DNA from: a virus
Virus record (IMG/VR): IMGVR_UViG_3300009503_000022
Location: 32,001-96,000 of that record
Length of the DNA stretch: 64,000 nt
Strand: one strand, 5' to 3'
The stretch's first letter is position 1. Each line of letters starts with the position of its first letter. Below are positions 9,360-19,354 of this stretch, piece by piece. The translations under genes and the position numbers were made by a program. Below the pieces are notes generated by a model. That model worked only from the letters and a program-made list of their open reading frames with translations, was not told where the DNA came from and did not search any database.

Positions 9360-10082
9360 TTATTCTTTACTTTTAAGTAATTTATTCCAATTTTTACCTT
9401 GTTTTTCCCTAAAATCTTTACCACTTATTGTAATAAATTTAAAATTACTTTTCATAAGCGATGATAAAGAACTACCATATTTATTTTCTAAATCTTTCTT
9501 AGTTAAATTTGTAGTTATTATAGAAGGTAAACAATTTCTTCTTCTATAGCGAAATAATAGACTCATTTCAGAAACACAAAATGCTCCAAAATCTTTTGGA
9601 GTATATTCTTCTGATAAATCATCTAAAGCTAAAAAATCAATATTTTTAATTTCATCATATAATTTTATAGCATCAGAATCTTCTTCAGAAAAAGGCTTTT
9701 TAATCAATTTTAATAATTCAGCTAACGTTATAAAATATATCGTATATTTTTTAGCTAAAGCAGCTTTAAGTATTAATATAGACGCTAATGTTTTACCAAC
9801 ACCATGCGAACCACTCAATCCTAAACTTAAACCATATTTAAAAGCATTATCTATATTTTTAATATAATCTTCAATTACTCCTTTAGCAATCTTATCGCCT
9901 TTAAAATCATCTAAAGTAGAATCCCAATATTCTTCTTCAATACCTCTAAAAAATAAAGTAATATAATATTCAAATTTTTTCATACATCTACATTTTTTAT
10001 TATTTACAATACCCTTACCTTTACAAATTTTACATCTATTTAACATATCTTTTTTTAATCTTTCAAATCTTTCAATTATCAT
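9360..10082 (-). CDS. DnaC/IstB-like helicase loader ATPase
   Basis: CxxC..CxC N-term, GSHGVGKT Walker A, FLALDDL Walker B, IITTN. Confidence 0.85.
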   Translation of the reverse strand: MIIERFERLKKDMLNRCKICKGKGIVNNKKCRCMKKFEYYITLFFRGIEEEYWDSTLDDFKGDKIAKGVIEDYIKNIDNAFKYGLSLGLSGSHGVGKTLASILILKAALAKKYTIYFITLAELLKLIKKPFSEEDSDAIKLYDEIKNIDFLALDDLSEEYTPKDFGAFCVSEMSLLFRYRRRNCLPSIITTNLTKKDLENKYGSSLSSLMKSNFKFITISGKDFREKQGKNWNKLLKSKE

Positions 10083-10966
10083 ATATTTTCATACCTCTTA
10101 TCAAATTTTTCTTCAAAATTTTTATAATCAGAATTAGTTAAACTATCTTTAGTTATATTTCTTTTTTCTAATTCTATTTCATAATTTTTCGCCCATTCTT
10201 CATTTTTGCTCCATTTTCCTTTAAGTTTACCAATTAAATAATACTTCAATTGTTCATCACTTAATTCTTCTGAATAATCTTCTTCTTTATATATTTTTTT
10301 ATCACGTCTTATATCTTTAAACATTTTATTTTGTATTATTATTTTATTTATTTTGCTTGGCAAAAATCTCAATAAATAACCAGATTCTTTTAAAAACTCA
10401 TCTTTCAATCTAAGAAAACCTTTAACAAAAAATTCTAAATCGTCCATATCATATTCTTTTACAGTACTTACATTTGCAAATATATCTTCTTTTTGTATTT
10501 TAGGTTTTCTTTTAAAAATCATTTCAAATTCATTAGCATATAATTCTATAAACTTTGTCATTTTAGCTTTTTCTCTTTTTGGTTTTTTATCTTCAATTTT
10601 TTTATCTTTTTCTTTTTTTTGATTTAATACAATAACATAAGAATCATCATTAACTTTCTTAATAAATTTATGTTTTTCTGCATCATCTAAAATTTCCTGA
10701 GCATAATCAGAAGGTATATTTAATAATTCAGCAATAGAATCTATAGAAATTTTTTCGTCTTTTTTCTTAAATTTACTAAGTTTATCAATCGCTAAAATAA
10801 GAGCTTTTAATCTTCTATTTTCTCTATTATTAACATCAATAATATTTGGAGATACATTAAATCTTTTAGTATATCGTTCTGCTTTTTTTATAAACGATTT
10901 TGGTATAACAATATATCCTCTATCGTATGGATATTCAAAAGTAAACTTAAATTCTTTAACTTTCAT
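10079..10966 (-). CDS. Putative replication initiator (wHTH)
   Basis: HTH-like SIDSIAELLNIP..ILDDAEKHKFIK; lies directly upstream of the DnaC-like gene. Confidence 0.45.
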   Translation of the reverse strand: MKVKEFKFTFEYPYDRGYIVIPKSFIKKAERYTKRFNVSPNIIDVNNRENRRLKALILAIDKLSKFKKKDEKISIDSIAELLNIPSDYAQEILDDAEKHKFIKKVNDDSYVIVLNQKKEKDKKIEDKKPKREKAKMTKFIELYANEFEMIFKRKPKIQKEDIFANVSTVKEYDMDDLEFFVKGFLRLKDEFLKESGYLLRFLPSKINKIIIQNKMFKDIRRDKKIYKEEDYSEELSDEQLKYYLIGKLKGKWSKNEEWAKNYEIELEKRNITKDSLTNSDYKNFEEKFDKRYENI

Positions 10967-10967
10967 A

Positions 10968-11285
10968 TTATTCTATTCCTTCATTTTTTATTATATTGTC
11001 TGATTCTTCAGAATATAATTCTTTATTGTTTTTTATCGCATCAATATATGCTTTAGATTCTAAATCATAATGATAATGTCTAGTAGACTTATCCAAAATT
11101 ATAGTTAACATCTCTAAAGGTATTTGCTTAGTTTTATCTTCAACATAATAATATTTTTTTAATAATCTTCTAGCAATTGATATATTCTTTTTTTCTGTTT
11201 GTTTTCTTACCTCCTCTACCTCTTCATCATTAAATTCTACTTTTACTATTCTATCTCCTACTTTAAATTCTATTATTTCAGACAT
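10968..11285 (-). CDS. Hypothetical protein
   Basis: ORF with strong SD AAGGAGG. Confidence 0.6.
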   Translation of the reverse strand: MSEIIEFKVGDRIVKVEFNDEEVEEVRKQTEKKNISIARRLLKKYYYVEDKTKQIPLEMLTIILDKSTRHYHYDLESKAYIDAIKNNKELYSEESDNIIKNEGIE

Positions 11286-11317
11286 ATAAACCTCCTTAAA
11301 TTCTAACTCATTTTATA

Positions 11318-11326
11318 ATTATATCA
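11318..11326 (-). promoter_or_regulatory. Extended -10 promoter (TGATATAAT)
   Basis: TGnTATAAT in the intergenic gap before the 11285 gene. Confidence 0.45.
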
Positions 11327-11332
11327 ATTTTA

Positions 11333-12721
11333 TTAAAAACATTTAACATCTATTATATTATCAAATCCAAGTTTTTTATAATATTTTCTTCTATTTTTTT
11401 TCATATTTAATAACATTTCATTTCCTTCATCTACATAATCTTTAACTATAGGTTCTTTCTTCCCCTCGACAATTCTCCTAATTCTACCTATTCTTTGTTT
11501 AGTTAATTCAAAATTATTAGATGGAGTAACTAAATGAAGTGAAGAAAGAATAGGTATATTAGCTCCTTCACTTATTAAATTAGATGTTGCAATTAAAACT
11601 TTAATAATCTTAGAATTTATCTTATCAACAATTTTCTTTCTATCATCATATTTAACATCACTCGTCATAACCACACTATTTATTCCTTTTTGTTTTAACA
11701 TTTCATCTAATATATAACAATGCGCTTTACGATCACTTAAAACTAATACAGAATGATCGTTATTCACATCTTTTATTACTTCAGAAACAATTAATTCGTT
11801 TCTTTTTTTATTTTTTATCAATTTATCTAATATAAAATGCCAATCATTATTTTTAATTTTAAAATAATTACAATTCAAAAAATAAATTATAACAAATAAC
11901 GAACGTTTTATTTCTTTCATATCTTCTTCAGTTATTTCAACTTTTCTATGACTAATACAATCGTACATCAAAAATTGTTTTCCATCCTTTCTAGTCTTAG
12001 AAGCAGTTTCTCCATATCTATATTTTGCTTTAAATCTATTTATAACATTAAAAAACATAGAAGAAGGTACATGTTGACATTCTGAAACTATAACACAACC
12101 AAAATTATTATTTATTTTTTCCCATTCCAATTTTTTAAACCTCATTAACGTCTGAATCATTGCTACTGTTATCGGTTGTATATTTCTCTTCCCAAATCCA
12201 ATAATACCTATCTTCTGTTTATTCAAACTATTAGACAATTCGGAATACCAAGCTTTAAAAATCTCAGAAGTATGAACTATAATTATAGTTTTTTGTTTCA
12301 ATAATGACATCAAATAAATCATTGTTCTTGTTTTACCAGCGGCAGGAGGAGCTATAAACAATTGCTGAGAATATAAAGCTAATTCTAAAGCGGACTTTTT
12401 TTGTAAATCATAAAGACTTGAAGTAAAAATTATATTATCATAAGGACATACAACTCTATTATCAACTATACGATATTTAATATTATAAGAATCTAATATT
12501 TCTTTTAATATAGTTATACATCCTCTTGAAAGTATTAAATAATCAGAAATAATATTATACGTTTTAATATATCGCTTTTCGTTAGTATTAAATCCCATTC
12601 TTATAACTTTCCAATATTGAGGATTTGCATAAGTAAATTTATTCTCAATTATAGCTAAAAGTTTGGGTTTAATATCTTGTAACTTAATTCTTATAACATT
12701 ATCGACATATATTTTTATCAT
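11333..12721 (-). CDS. Superfamily 2 helicase (UvsW/XPB-like)
   Basis: APPAAGKT, variant motif II SECQH, SEGANIP, QRIGRIRR. Confidence 0.85.
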   Translation of the reverse strand: MIKIYVDNVIRIKLQDIKPKLLAIIENKFTYANPQYWKVIRMGFNTNEKRYIKTYNIISDYLILSRGCITILKEILDSYNIKYRIVDNRVVCPYDNIIFTSSLYDLQKKSALELALYSQQLFIAPPAAGKTRTMIYLMSLLKQKTIIIVHTSEIFKAWYSELSNSLNKQKIGIIGFGKRNIQPITVAMIQTLMRFKKLEWEKINNNFGCVIVSECQHVPSSMFFNVINRFKAKYRYGETASKTRKDGKQFLMYDCISHRKVEITEEDMKEIKRSLFVIIYFLNCNYFKIKNNDWHFILDKLIKNKKRNELIVSEVIKDVNNDHSVLVLSDRKAHCYILDEMLKQKGINSVVMTSDVKYDDRKKIVDKINSKIIKVLIATSNLISEGANIPILSSLHLVTPSNNFELTKQRIGRIRRIVEGKKEPIVKDYVDEGNEMLLNMKKNRRKYYKKLGFDNIIDVKCF

Positions 12722-13568
12722 ATTTATCTAAACTATCAAAAACGTTCATTATATAATTTATATTCTCTAAAAATGATTTAAATTTCAATTTTTCGAAAAA
12801 CTTTACTAAATTATTTAAATCAAAATTATATTTTAATTCTTTATAATCATCTATTTCTATAATATGACTAATTAATCTTTTATTTTGTAATAATTTATCT
12901 TTATACTGCCTACATAAACTATCTTTTTCTATAACATTTTCTAAACTTCCATATTTTTGTATCAATTTACAAGCAGTTTTTATTCCAATTCTATCTATAC
13001 CTATTACATTATCTCCTTTATCGCCACAAATAGAATATACATCAACTAACTTAATAGGTTCAACTCCAAATTTATTTAAAATATCCTTTATAGTTAATAT
13101 TATATTATTTTTCATATCCTTAAGTAAACAAATTTTTTCATTAATCAATTGATAATAGTCATGATCAGAAGCATAAATCATTATATCTTCATCGTTATGT
13201 AATTTAATATATTTTGCTATAAGATCATCGGCTTCTATTTTATTTCCATACAATATAGTAACAGGTAAATATTTTAACATTTCTTTAACAATATCAAACG
13301 ATTCATATACCTCCTTAGACTTCTTTTCCCTATTAGTTTTATATATTTTAGAAATTTCTCTTTTTTTCTTACATCCAGTATCAAAAGCTATCACTATCTT
13401 ATTTATAGGATATTTTCTTAACAAAAATAATAAATCCCTAAAAAATCCAAATGCAGTTCCAACAACTTTTCCATTAACGACAAATTTTGTAAATGTATAA
13501 TATGATTTATAACATTCATACTGACCATCCATCAATAATGTTTTTTTAGATGAAATAGCAATTTTCAT
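12699..13568 (-). CDS. 5'-3' exonuclease / flap endonuclease
   Basis: LLMDG, AFD, YKTNR, EADDLI, SDHD.YQL, GDKGDNVIGI..IGIKTA. Confidence 0.9.
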   Translation of the reverse strand: MKIAISSKKTLLMDGQYECYKSYYTFTKFVVNGKVVGTAFGFFRDLLFLLRKYPINKIVIAFDTGCKKKREISKIYKTNREKKSKEVYESFDIVKEMLKYLPVTILYGNKIEADDLIAKYIKLHNDEDIMIYASDHDYYQLINEKICLLKDMKNNIILTIKDILNKFGVEPIKLVDVYSICGDKGDNVIGIDRIGIKTACKLIQKYGSLENVIEKDSLCRQYKDKLLQNKRLISHIIEIDDYKELKYNFDLNNLVKFFEKLKFKSFLENINYIMNVFDSLDKYDKNICR

Positions 13569-14092
13569 AATTTACTCCAATTCTCACTTTCTTCTTGACG
13601 AATAGCTAACATATCAGCAGCGTGAAGCAATATTGCATATCTATTCGGTTTAATCCAATCTCTTTTTAACGACCAACCACCATGATGATAAACAATCGCA
13701 TTTAATTCATCATCAGATAAAGTTATTCCTATAGATGATAATAATTGCAAAGTAAAAAACACATGATCAATATCGCTAGCATATTCTATTTTATCGCATC
13801 TTGTTCTTATATCTTTAGATATTCTATACACTTTTATTTTACCTAAATCGTGAATAAATGCTAAATACAACATCTCATCTAATTCATCATCTTTACATAA
13901 TTCATAACAATATTTCATCACATTATAAGTATGAACTGCTAATCCACCAATATAATTACAATGATTATTTCTAGCAGCAGGAGACATAGAAAAACCAATC
14001 TTAAATTTATCAAAAATCTTTTTAGTTTTTTCTAATATCTCTTTATCCTTTATTTTATTAATAGCATTTTCTAACTTATTTATCTCGTTCAT
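13565..14092 (-). CDS. HD-domain hydrolase (YhaM-like)
   Basis: SPAA..H..GGLAVH, HDLGK, YHHG, HAADM. Confidence 0.85.
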   Translation of the reverse strand: MNEINKLENAINKIKDKEILEKTKKIFDKFKIGFSMSPAARNNHCNYIGGLAVHTYNVMKYCYELCKDDELDEMLYLAFIHDLGKIKVYRISKDIRTRCDKIEYASDIDHVFFTLQLLSSIGITLSDDELNAIVYHHGGWSLKRDWIKPNRYAILLHAADMLAIRQEESENWSKL

Positions 14093-14312
14093 ATTTCTTC
14101 TGTAAAATAAATTTTACGAATAAACGTTTAGTAATAATATTTTAATATAATTTATCAATTTCTTTTAGTCTTCGCATCTGCTCGAATCTGAAATCGACTA
14201 CTATATCAACTGCATAATAACTTAATATCGTATCCCTATATTTTATATTATATTCAAAATTTTTAAATTATTTAACTTAAATTCTCTAAAATTTAGTGAA
14301 CTACCTCTGTCT

Positions 14313-14550
14313 TTAGGCAGAGGCCTTCTTAGCATAAGAAGGATAAAAAATTATATTCTCCGATTTTACAATTTTTCCACCACATCTAATTACATTACCA
14401 TCTTTATCAACAACTAATTTTTTAATTCTAAAATTTATTCTATTTTTCGTAACATATAATTTCAAATCTTGAATAAAATTAACAAGCTCTTCATCACAAT
14501 AAACTTGTATTTTCAGGATTACCATCTATTTCTATTTTCCAAATACTCAT
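14313..14550 (-). pseudogene. Small hypothetical gene, apparently frameshifted near its 5' end
   Basis: SD AAGGAG + ATG 14550 gives an 18-aa peptide that stops at 14494; the listed 70-aa ORF in another frame lacks an SD. Confidence 0.4.
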
Positions 14551-14599
14551 ATTTACTCCTTTTAATAACAAAAAAAAGTAGAAAATTAATGGTCGCATC

Positions 14600-14780
14600 A
14601 ATTTTCGGCTCTTTTTTCTCTTTCTGCTCTTTTAAATAGTTATCTTCTCTCTACTCTTTTTAATAATAATTATTTTTTCTCTATTCTTTTAATAATTATC
14701 TTCTCTCTCTACTAAATTATCTATTAGATCATGTACTTATCTTATTAGTATAATATAAATATATATATAATATATATAAC
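14600..14780. repeat. Pyrimidine-skewed ~28-30-bp repeats followed by an A/T-only tract
   Basis: ttatcttctctct.. at ~14640 and ~14696; tataatataaatatatatataatatatataa at 14749-14779. Confidence 0.7.
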
Positions 14781-14781
14781 G

Positions 14782-15200
14782 GAAGAGACGAAATCTGCGT
14801 TTTTAGCGCAACGTATTTTTTTTAAATATTCAATAACTGCATAAAAGAACTTGAATAATACGAAAAGTGAGATCTTCATTTCTCAAATTTAAGATCTGCG
14901 TTTCTAATATAACGTATTTTTTTTAAATATTCAATAACTGCATAAAAGAACTTGAATAATACGAAAAGTGAGATCTTCATTTCTCAAATTTAAGATCTGC
15001 GTTTTTTGTTACTCGCGTTGCTTCTAAAAGTTAACTGCTGTATAAAGAATTTTTATAATTTAAAAGATGTGATTTTCATTTTTCGAAGACGAGACTTGTA
15101 TTTTTATTGATCAACACTACGTTTAAATGTTAATAACTGTATAAATAATTCACATAATTAAAAAAATGTAATTTTTACTTTTTAAAAGATAAAATTCACT
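14782..15200. repeat. 101-bp-period tandem repeats; candidate replication origin
   Basis: 14810-14903 is identical to 14911-15004 (94 bp); degenerate copies start near 15012 and 15113; period not divisible by 3. Confidence 0.85.
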
Positions 15201-15201
15201 T

Positions 15202-15879
15202 TTATTCATTTGTACTACCTTTAATATCGACTATTGTATAAAGAAATTTAGATTCATATATAACTTTAGGCGTAACCCTATCACTATCTACATTAATTGC
15301 GAATTTTCTACCAACAACAGATACACATTGATCTACAAGAGAAGAACAATTCAAAGCATTTTCTTTACCTCTATAAACTTTAAATCTATCTGCTATTTGC
15401 AATCCTTTATTTCTACCAAAAATTAAACATAACAAATACATTATTGCTAATCCAATAAATTGCTTATAATCATATTTTTGTCCAACTAATTTATAAGCTG
15501 CTTTTTGAATTTTCATTTTTTCAGAAGAACTTAATGGAACTTTAAATCTACGAATTACAATTCTATTCTCTTCATCAAAATATTTTCTTATATCTTGTTT
15601 TTTAATACCATCAGCTAAAGCTTCTACTATTTCTCCTTCTTTACTAGTAACTATAAAACAATGAGCAACTTTACTTTTATCTCCTACCATACTTTCAAAA
15701 AATTCTATTCCATCTGAAAACAAACCTGTACCATCAATTAAACCAACGTCACCAATATCTAAATCTTTAAAAATAATATTCCAATTAGTTCTTTTTTTAA
15801 ATAACCATTTTAATAAAAATATATATTTAATTTTACTCCATAATTTATCTAACAAATCAAAAAATTTTTCTATTATCAT
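15202..15879 (-). CDS. Permuted papain-like (YaeF/YiiX, NlpC/P60) amidase
   Basis: GDVGL, VAHCFIV, IVEA, GQKYDY, NCSSLV (His before Cys); SD GGAGGT before ATG 15879. Confidence 0.8.
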   Translation of the reverse strand: MIIEKFFDLLDKLWSKIKYIFLLKWLFKKRTNWNIIFKDLDIGDVGLIDGTGLFSDGIEFFESMVGDKSKVAHCFIVTSKEGEIVEALADGIKKQDIRKYFDEENRIVIRRFKVPLSSSEKMKIQKAAYKLVGQKYDYKQFIGLAIMYLLCLIFGRNKGLQIADRFKVYRGKENALNCSSLVDQCVSVVGRKFAINVDSDRVTPKVIYESKFLYTIVDIKGSTNE

Positions 15880-15880
15880 T

Positions 15881-16096
15881 TTACCTCCTACGAGTCTTCT
15901 TTTTATAATTATGATTATTTTCTCTCTTATAATTATTTTCATTAAAACCATTATTTTTAACTATAACAAGTAACGAATCTGCTTGTCTTTTAAATTCATA
16001 TAAAACATTATTGTTTTTATGTCTAAAACGATCTTCTAAAAACAATACTAATAAAAGTATTATTGTTAAAATCAAAATTCCTATAATAGATATCAT
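15881..16096 (-). CDS. Small membrane protein
   Basis: Hydrophobic N-terminus and basic tail. Confidence 0.55.
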   Translation of the reverse strand: MISIIGILILTIILLLVLFLEDRFRHKNNNVLYEFKRQADSLLVIVKNNGFNENNYKRENNHNYKKKTRRR

Positions 16097-16269
16097 TTTT
16101 TACCCCTACCATTTCTTTCTAATATAATTTTAATAGTTGTTAAAGTAGTATTAACTTCACTTAAAACATTTGTCATTTCTTTTAAACGTCTTTCATATCT
16201 CCATAATAAAAAAATAGCTACTGCTATTGGAAAACCTACTTGCTGTATTAAAGTAGTTAAATCTGACAT
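16093..16269 (-). CDS. YvrJ-like small membrane protein (holin candidate)
   Basis: Manual translation MSDLTTLIQQVGFPIAVAIFLLWRYERRLKEM..; 58 aa, below the ORF track cutoff. Confidence 0.7.
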   Translation of the reverse strand: MSDLTTLIQQVGFPIAVAIFLLWRYERRLKEMTNVLSEVNTTLTTIKIILERNGRGKK

Positions 16270-16299
16270 ATTATTTACGCCTCTCTTTCAAATAAATTT

Positions 16300-16896
16300 T
16301 TACAATATAAACTCAGCTATTACAATAAATTTTCTAGCGCTTCCTGCTGCTTTATAATACGTACATTTAACTTTACAACCAACGGGTATTTTCCCTGCTC
16401 CTGTTCCTTCAAACCATTGTATTGGAAGCGATCCATAAAGAGAAATTGTTTCGCCATATTTTGTTAACATCGCACTATCATCTGCAAGCCAAATTTCGAA
16501 TTCAACATAATCGCCCCATTGCGCATCAATACATATAGGTAAAACTTTATTTATATAAACATCAACATCAAAAACCCATTCACAACTTTTTTGTGTTTCT
16601 TCAGAAGTCATTTCAATTGTTCTACCAATAAATTTTGATTGACCTACTGTATTAGTATAAATAAGTGGTTGATTAGCAATTGGTTTGTAATTTGTTTCAA
16701 AATCATCTTTATTAGCTTGTTCTACTTCAGGATCTGATGCTAAATTAACATCTTTATAAATAGAAGTATTATACTTTACTGTATTATCAATTGCAAAAAT
16801 ATTATATTGTTTTGCATTTTCTGTATATTGCCATAACAATTTTTTACTATTAACTACATCTTTAAAATATGTATAATTCAAATCTATTTCAAACAT
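16300..16896 (-). CDS. Hypothetical virion-associated protein
   Basis: Context; beta-rich C-terminus. Confidence 0.5.
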   Translation of the reverse strand: MFEIDLNYTYFKDVVNSKKLLWQYTENAKQYNIFAIDNTVKYNTSIYKDVNLASDPEVEQANKDDFETNYKPIANQPLIYTNTVGQSKFIGRTIEMTSEETQKSCEWVFDVDVYINKVLPICIDAQWGDYVEFEIWLADDSAMLTKYGETISLYGSLPIQWFEGTGAGKIPVGCKVKCTYYKAAGSARKFIVIAEFIL

Positions 16897-16897
16897 T

Positions 16898-17920
16898 TTA
16901 AATAGTTACCTCCCTACCATTTAAACCAACTTCATAATTTTTATCTCCTGTATCTAAATTAGTTACATAAAAATTAATGAGACTATTAGCATTAACAGGT
17001 ACGCTCGTAGGAAATAAATGTTGATGAGGAAAATAAGCATCACTATAAAAAAAATCTATTATCGAACTCGTACCTGCAACAATACCTTGCAAATTATCAA
17101 TTTTAATATCAACATTTTTCTTTAAATCAACATTTTCTAATATTTTAATTTCTATCTTAGAAATTGCTGTTCTATCAAAAGTTGTTATTTCATTCAAATT
17201 AAAAATTAATGTTGTCCAAGATGACGGATTAATATTAACATCTGTAAATTGATAAGAATTTGCGCCTTGAGTAAGTTTAATAGCAATAGATACATTAGGA
17301 TTTAACGGATCACCTTTTGCGTCTATTTTAAGTAAATCATAGCTAGACCAATCTACTGTTGGAGAATAAATTTTTGTTATTACAGCATCTGTCTGAATAC
17401 CTTTATCTTGAAACTTACAAGTTAATTTAAACGAATAAGAACCTTGAGTATGATCTGTATCTAAATTCCAAGACGTAATTCTAGCAGATTTAGACCATCC
17501 TGTTAAACTTTCAAAATCTTCTAATAATGTCTGAACTTCTTCAGAATCATTATAAGTTTCTAATTCATAAAATCCTTTACCTGTACCTGAACCATCCCAA
17601 GCTGTCAAATACCATTTTTTACCAGCAGGAACTCTAATTTGATAAACTAACGCTCTTGTTCCTGCTGTTACTATTGTATTCTTTTTTGGTTTACTTTCAG
17701 TTACATCAGAAATATCACTAAATTGCACTGGATTAGCAATTGTAATCTGTCCACCTAACGTAGTTAAAATATCTTCTAAAATTAGTTTATTTTTAATATC
17801 GTGAGTTAATAATTCTTTATCACTAGATACATCTGCACTATAATATTCTCCAGTTTGTGGATCTATAGTTTTTCCTTTAAGTCTTACATCTATGTCACCT
17901 TTTTCTTCTATATCTGCCAT
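16898..17920 (-). CDS. Virion protein with an inserted carbohydrate-binding-like module
   Basis: LLEDFES..DWSSYD..WTTLIFNL..IKIDNL insert inside a domain shared with the 18188 and 19355 proteins. Confidence 0.55.
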   Translation of the reverse strand: MADIEEKGDIDVRLKGKTIDPQTGEYYSADVSSDKELLTHDIKNKLILEDILTTLGGQITIANPVQFSDISDVTESKPKKNTIVTAGTRALVYQIRVPAGKKWYLTAWDGSGTGKGFYELETYNDSEEVQTLLEDFESLTGWSKSARITSWNLDTDHTQGSYSFKLTCKFQDKGIQTDAVITKIYSPTVDWSSYDLLKIDAKGDPLNPNVSIAIKLTQGANSYQFTDVNINPSSWTTLIFNLNEITTFDRTAISKIEIKILENVDLKKNVDIKIDNLQGIVAGTSSIIDFFYSDAYFPHQHLFPTSVPVNANSLINFYVTNLDTGDKNYEVGLNGREVTI

Positions 17921-17921
17921 T

Positions 17922-18143
17922 TCACTTCCTCGCTTTTAATAATTCTTTAATTGCTTTTAATTCATTTAATATCTGCAACGATATGTTACGATGATTTTCC
18001 ATAAGTTTAATCATTACTAACTCTATATTACCTCTTATTACTTCTACTCTATTTTCATCTTTATTTTCTGTTTGCTTAACAGATTGCGTTTGTTCATTTT
18101 CAGAAACAATTTTTCCTTTCTTATTTTTTATCAAATCAGTCAT
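17922..18143 (-). CDS. Small coiled-coil protein
   Basis: ORF track; SD GGAGG. Confidence 0.55.
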   Translation of the reverse strand: MTDLIKNKKGKIVSENEQTQSVKQTENKDENRVEVIRGNIELVMIKLMENHRNISLQILNELKAIKELLKARK

Positions 18144-18187
18144 ATTTATCCTCCATTTTTAAATTCTCTTAAATTTAATAATTTTTA

Positions 18188-19123
18188 TTATACTTCACTA
18201 CCCATAATAGTAGAATAAACATCTTGCGATTGACCTTCTCTATTTTTTCTTATAATTCTAATTTGTTCTGACCCACCTGCTTCAGTAATTTCTATAGGAG
18301 GATCGAATTCAAATATACAATTTGGATTTGCCATAGTTGTAAATTGAACTGCTTTAGTTACAAGACTTGACTCAGGTCCAACTTGAACTTCCCATTTACC
18401 AGCACCAGAAGCTGAACATATAATTCTAGTTAACAAAAATGTTTTACCTGATGTTACAAGACGAATATGATTACTTGTAGATCCCCCTGGAACATTAACA
18501 GCAGTATTATAATCACTTACTTCTGTTCCAGATACGTGTTTAACTACATATACATAAATAGGATTTGTTTCACTATTAGGATTAGAATCTTTAGAAATTT
18601 TAATTGCCGATAAACTTTGCTCTGCAATATCTACTTTTGCAGATCCACTACTAGTTATTTCTAATCTATTAGCATCATTTGAACCCGTCATTCTAACAAG
18701 TATTTTTCTATCAAGCGTCATTCTAGGAATACCAATATCGCCTTCATTAACACTATCAGGAGTAGTTTCATCGGCTAAAAATCCTATCGCATTTAATGTA
18801 TCTGTTTCAATAGTAAATGCACTATCGTCTTTATAAGATTTTAAAGAAATTTGTAATCTACCATTTTCGTCTGTCAATAATGGAGTTGCATCTCCATCCG
18901 AATATGTTGTTGGATTTGCTTCATATTTACCTGCAATAGCCAATGCAGTTGGAGTTGCTCCATAAGCACTATTTATTACTACAAAATCTAATGCATTAGT
19001 TTCATCTGTTATTTCAACATATATCGGATTATTTAAAGCATTTGCATTTAAATCTTTTGAAATCTTTACAGAATTCCCTTCGGATATACTATGTATTGGT
19101 AACGAAGCATTTTGATCTGCCAT
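18188..19123 (-). CDS. Putative virion fibre/decoration protein
   Basis: Internal repeat KISKD.N.N...NPIYV; beta-sandwich C-terminus. Confidence 0.5.
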   Translation of the reverse strand: MADQNASLPIHSISEGNSVKISKDLNANALNNPIYVEITDETNALDFVVINSAYGATPTALAIAGKYEANPTTYSDGDATPLLTDENGRLQISLKSYKDDSAFTIETDTLNAIGFLADETTPDSVNEGDIGIPRMTLDRKILVRMTGSNDANRLEITSSGSAKVDIAEQSLSAIKISKDSNPNSETNPIYVYVVKHVSGTEVSDYNTAVNVPGGSTSNHIRLVTSGKTFLLTRIICSASGAGKWEVQVGPESSLVTKAVQFTTMANPNCIFEFDPPIEITEAGGSEQIRIIRKNREGQSQDVYSTIMGSEV

Positions 19124-19140
19124 ATTTTAACCCTCCCTTT

Positions 19141-19338
19141 TTAAGCCTTAAGTGAATTTATCTCTTCTAAAGATTTCTTCAAACTTTCAATTTCATTATT
19201 GATTTTTATTTTTTCATCTTCTATTTCTAATATTCTTAACTCTAATTGTTGTATTCTTAACAATATTCTACTTTTTTCAACTTCTTTTCTTTTCTCTAAT
19301 ATTTTCATACTCGTCTCCTTATCTCCTATATCTGCCAT
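19141..19338 (-). CDS. Small coiled-coil protein
   Basis: Heptad pattern; strong SD. Confidence 0.55.
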   Translation of the reverse strand: MADIGDKETSMKILEKRKEVEKSRILLRIQQLELRILEIEDEKIKINNEIESLKKSLEEINSLKA

Positions 19339-19354
19339 TTTTTAATTACCTCCT

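Noticed and set aside
14140-14270. Start-less minus-strand frame (..KYRDTILSYYAVDIVVDFRFE..) resembling a gene remnant
   Set aside because: About 40 codons, no start or SD, and the similarity is too weak to call.
14782-15200. CRISPR array
   Set aside because: Units are ~94-101 bp with only ~7 bp between the identical copies; there are no unique spacers and no cas genes.
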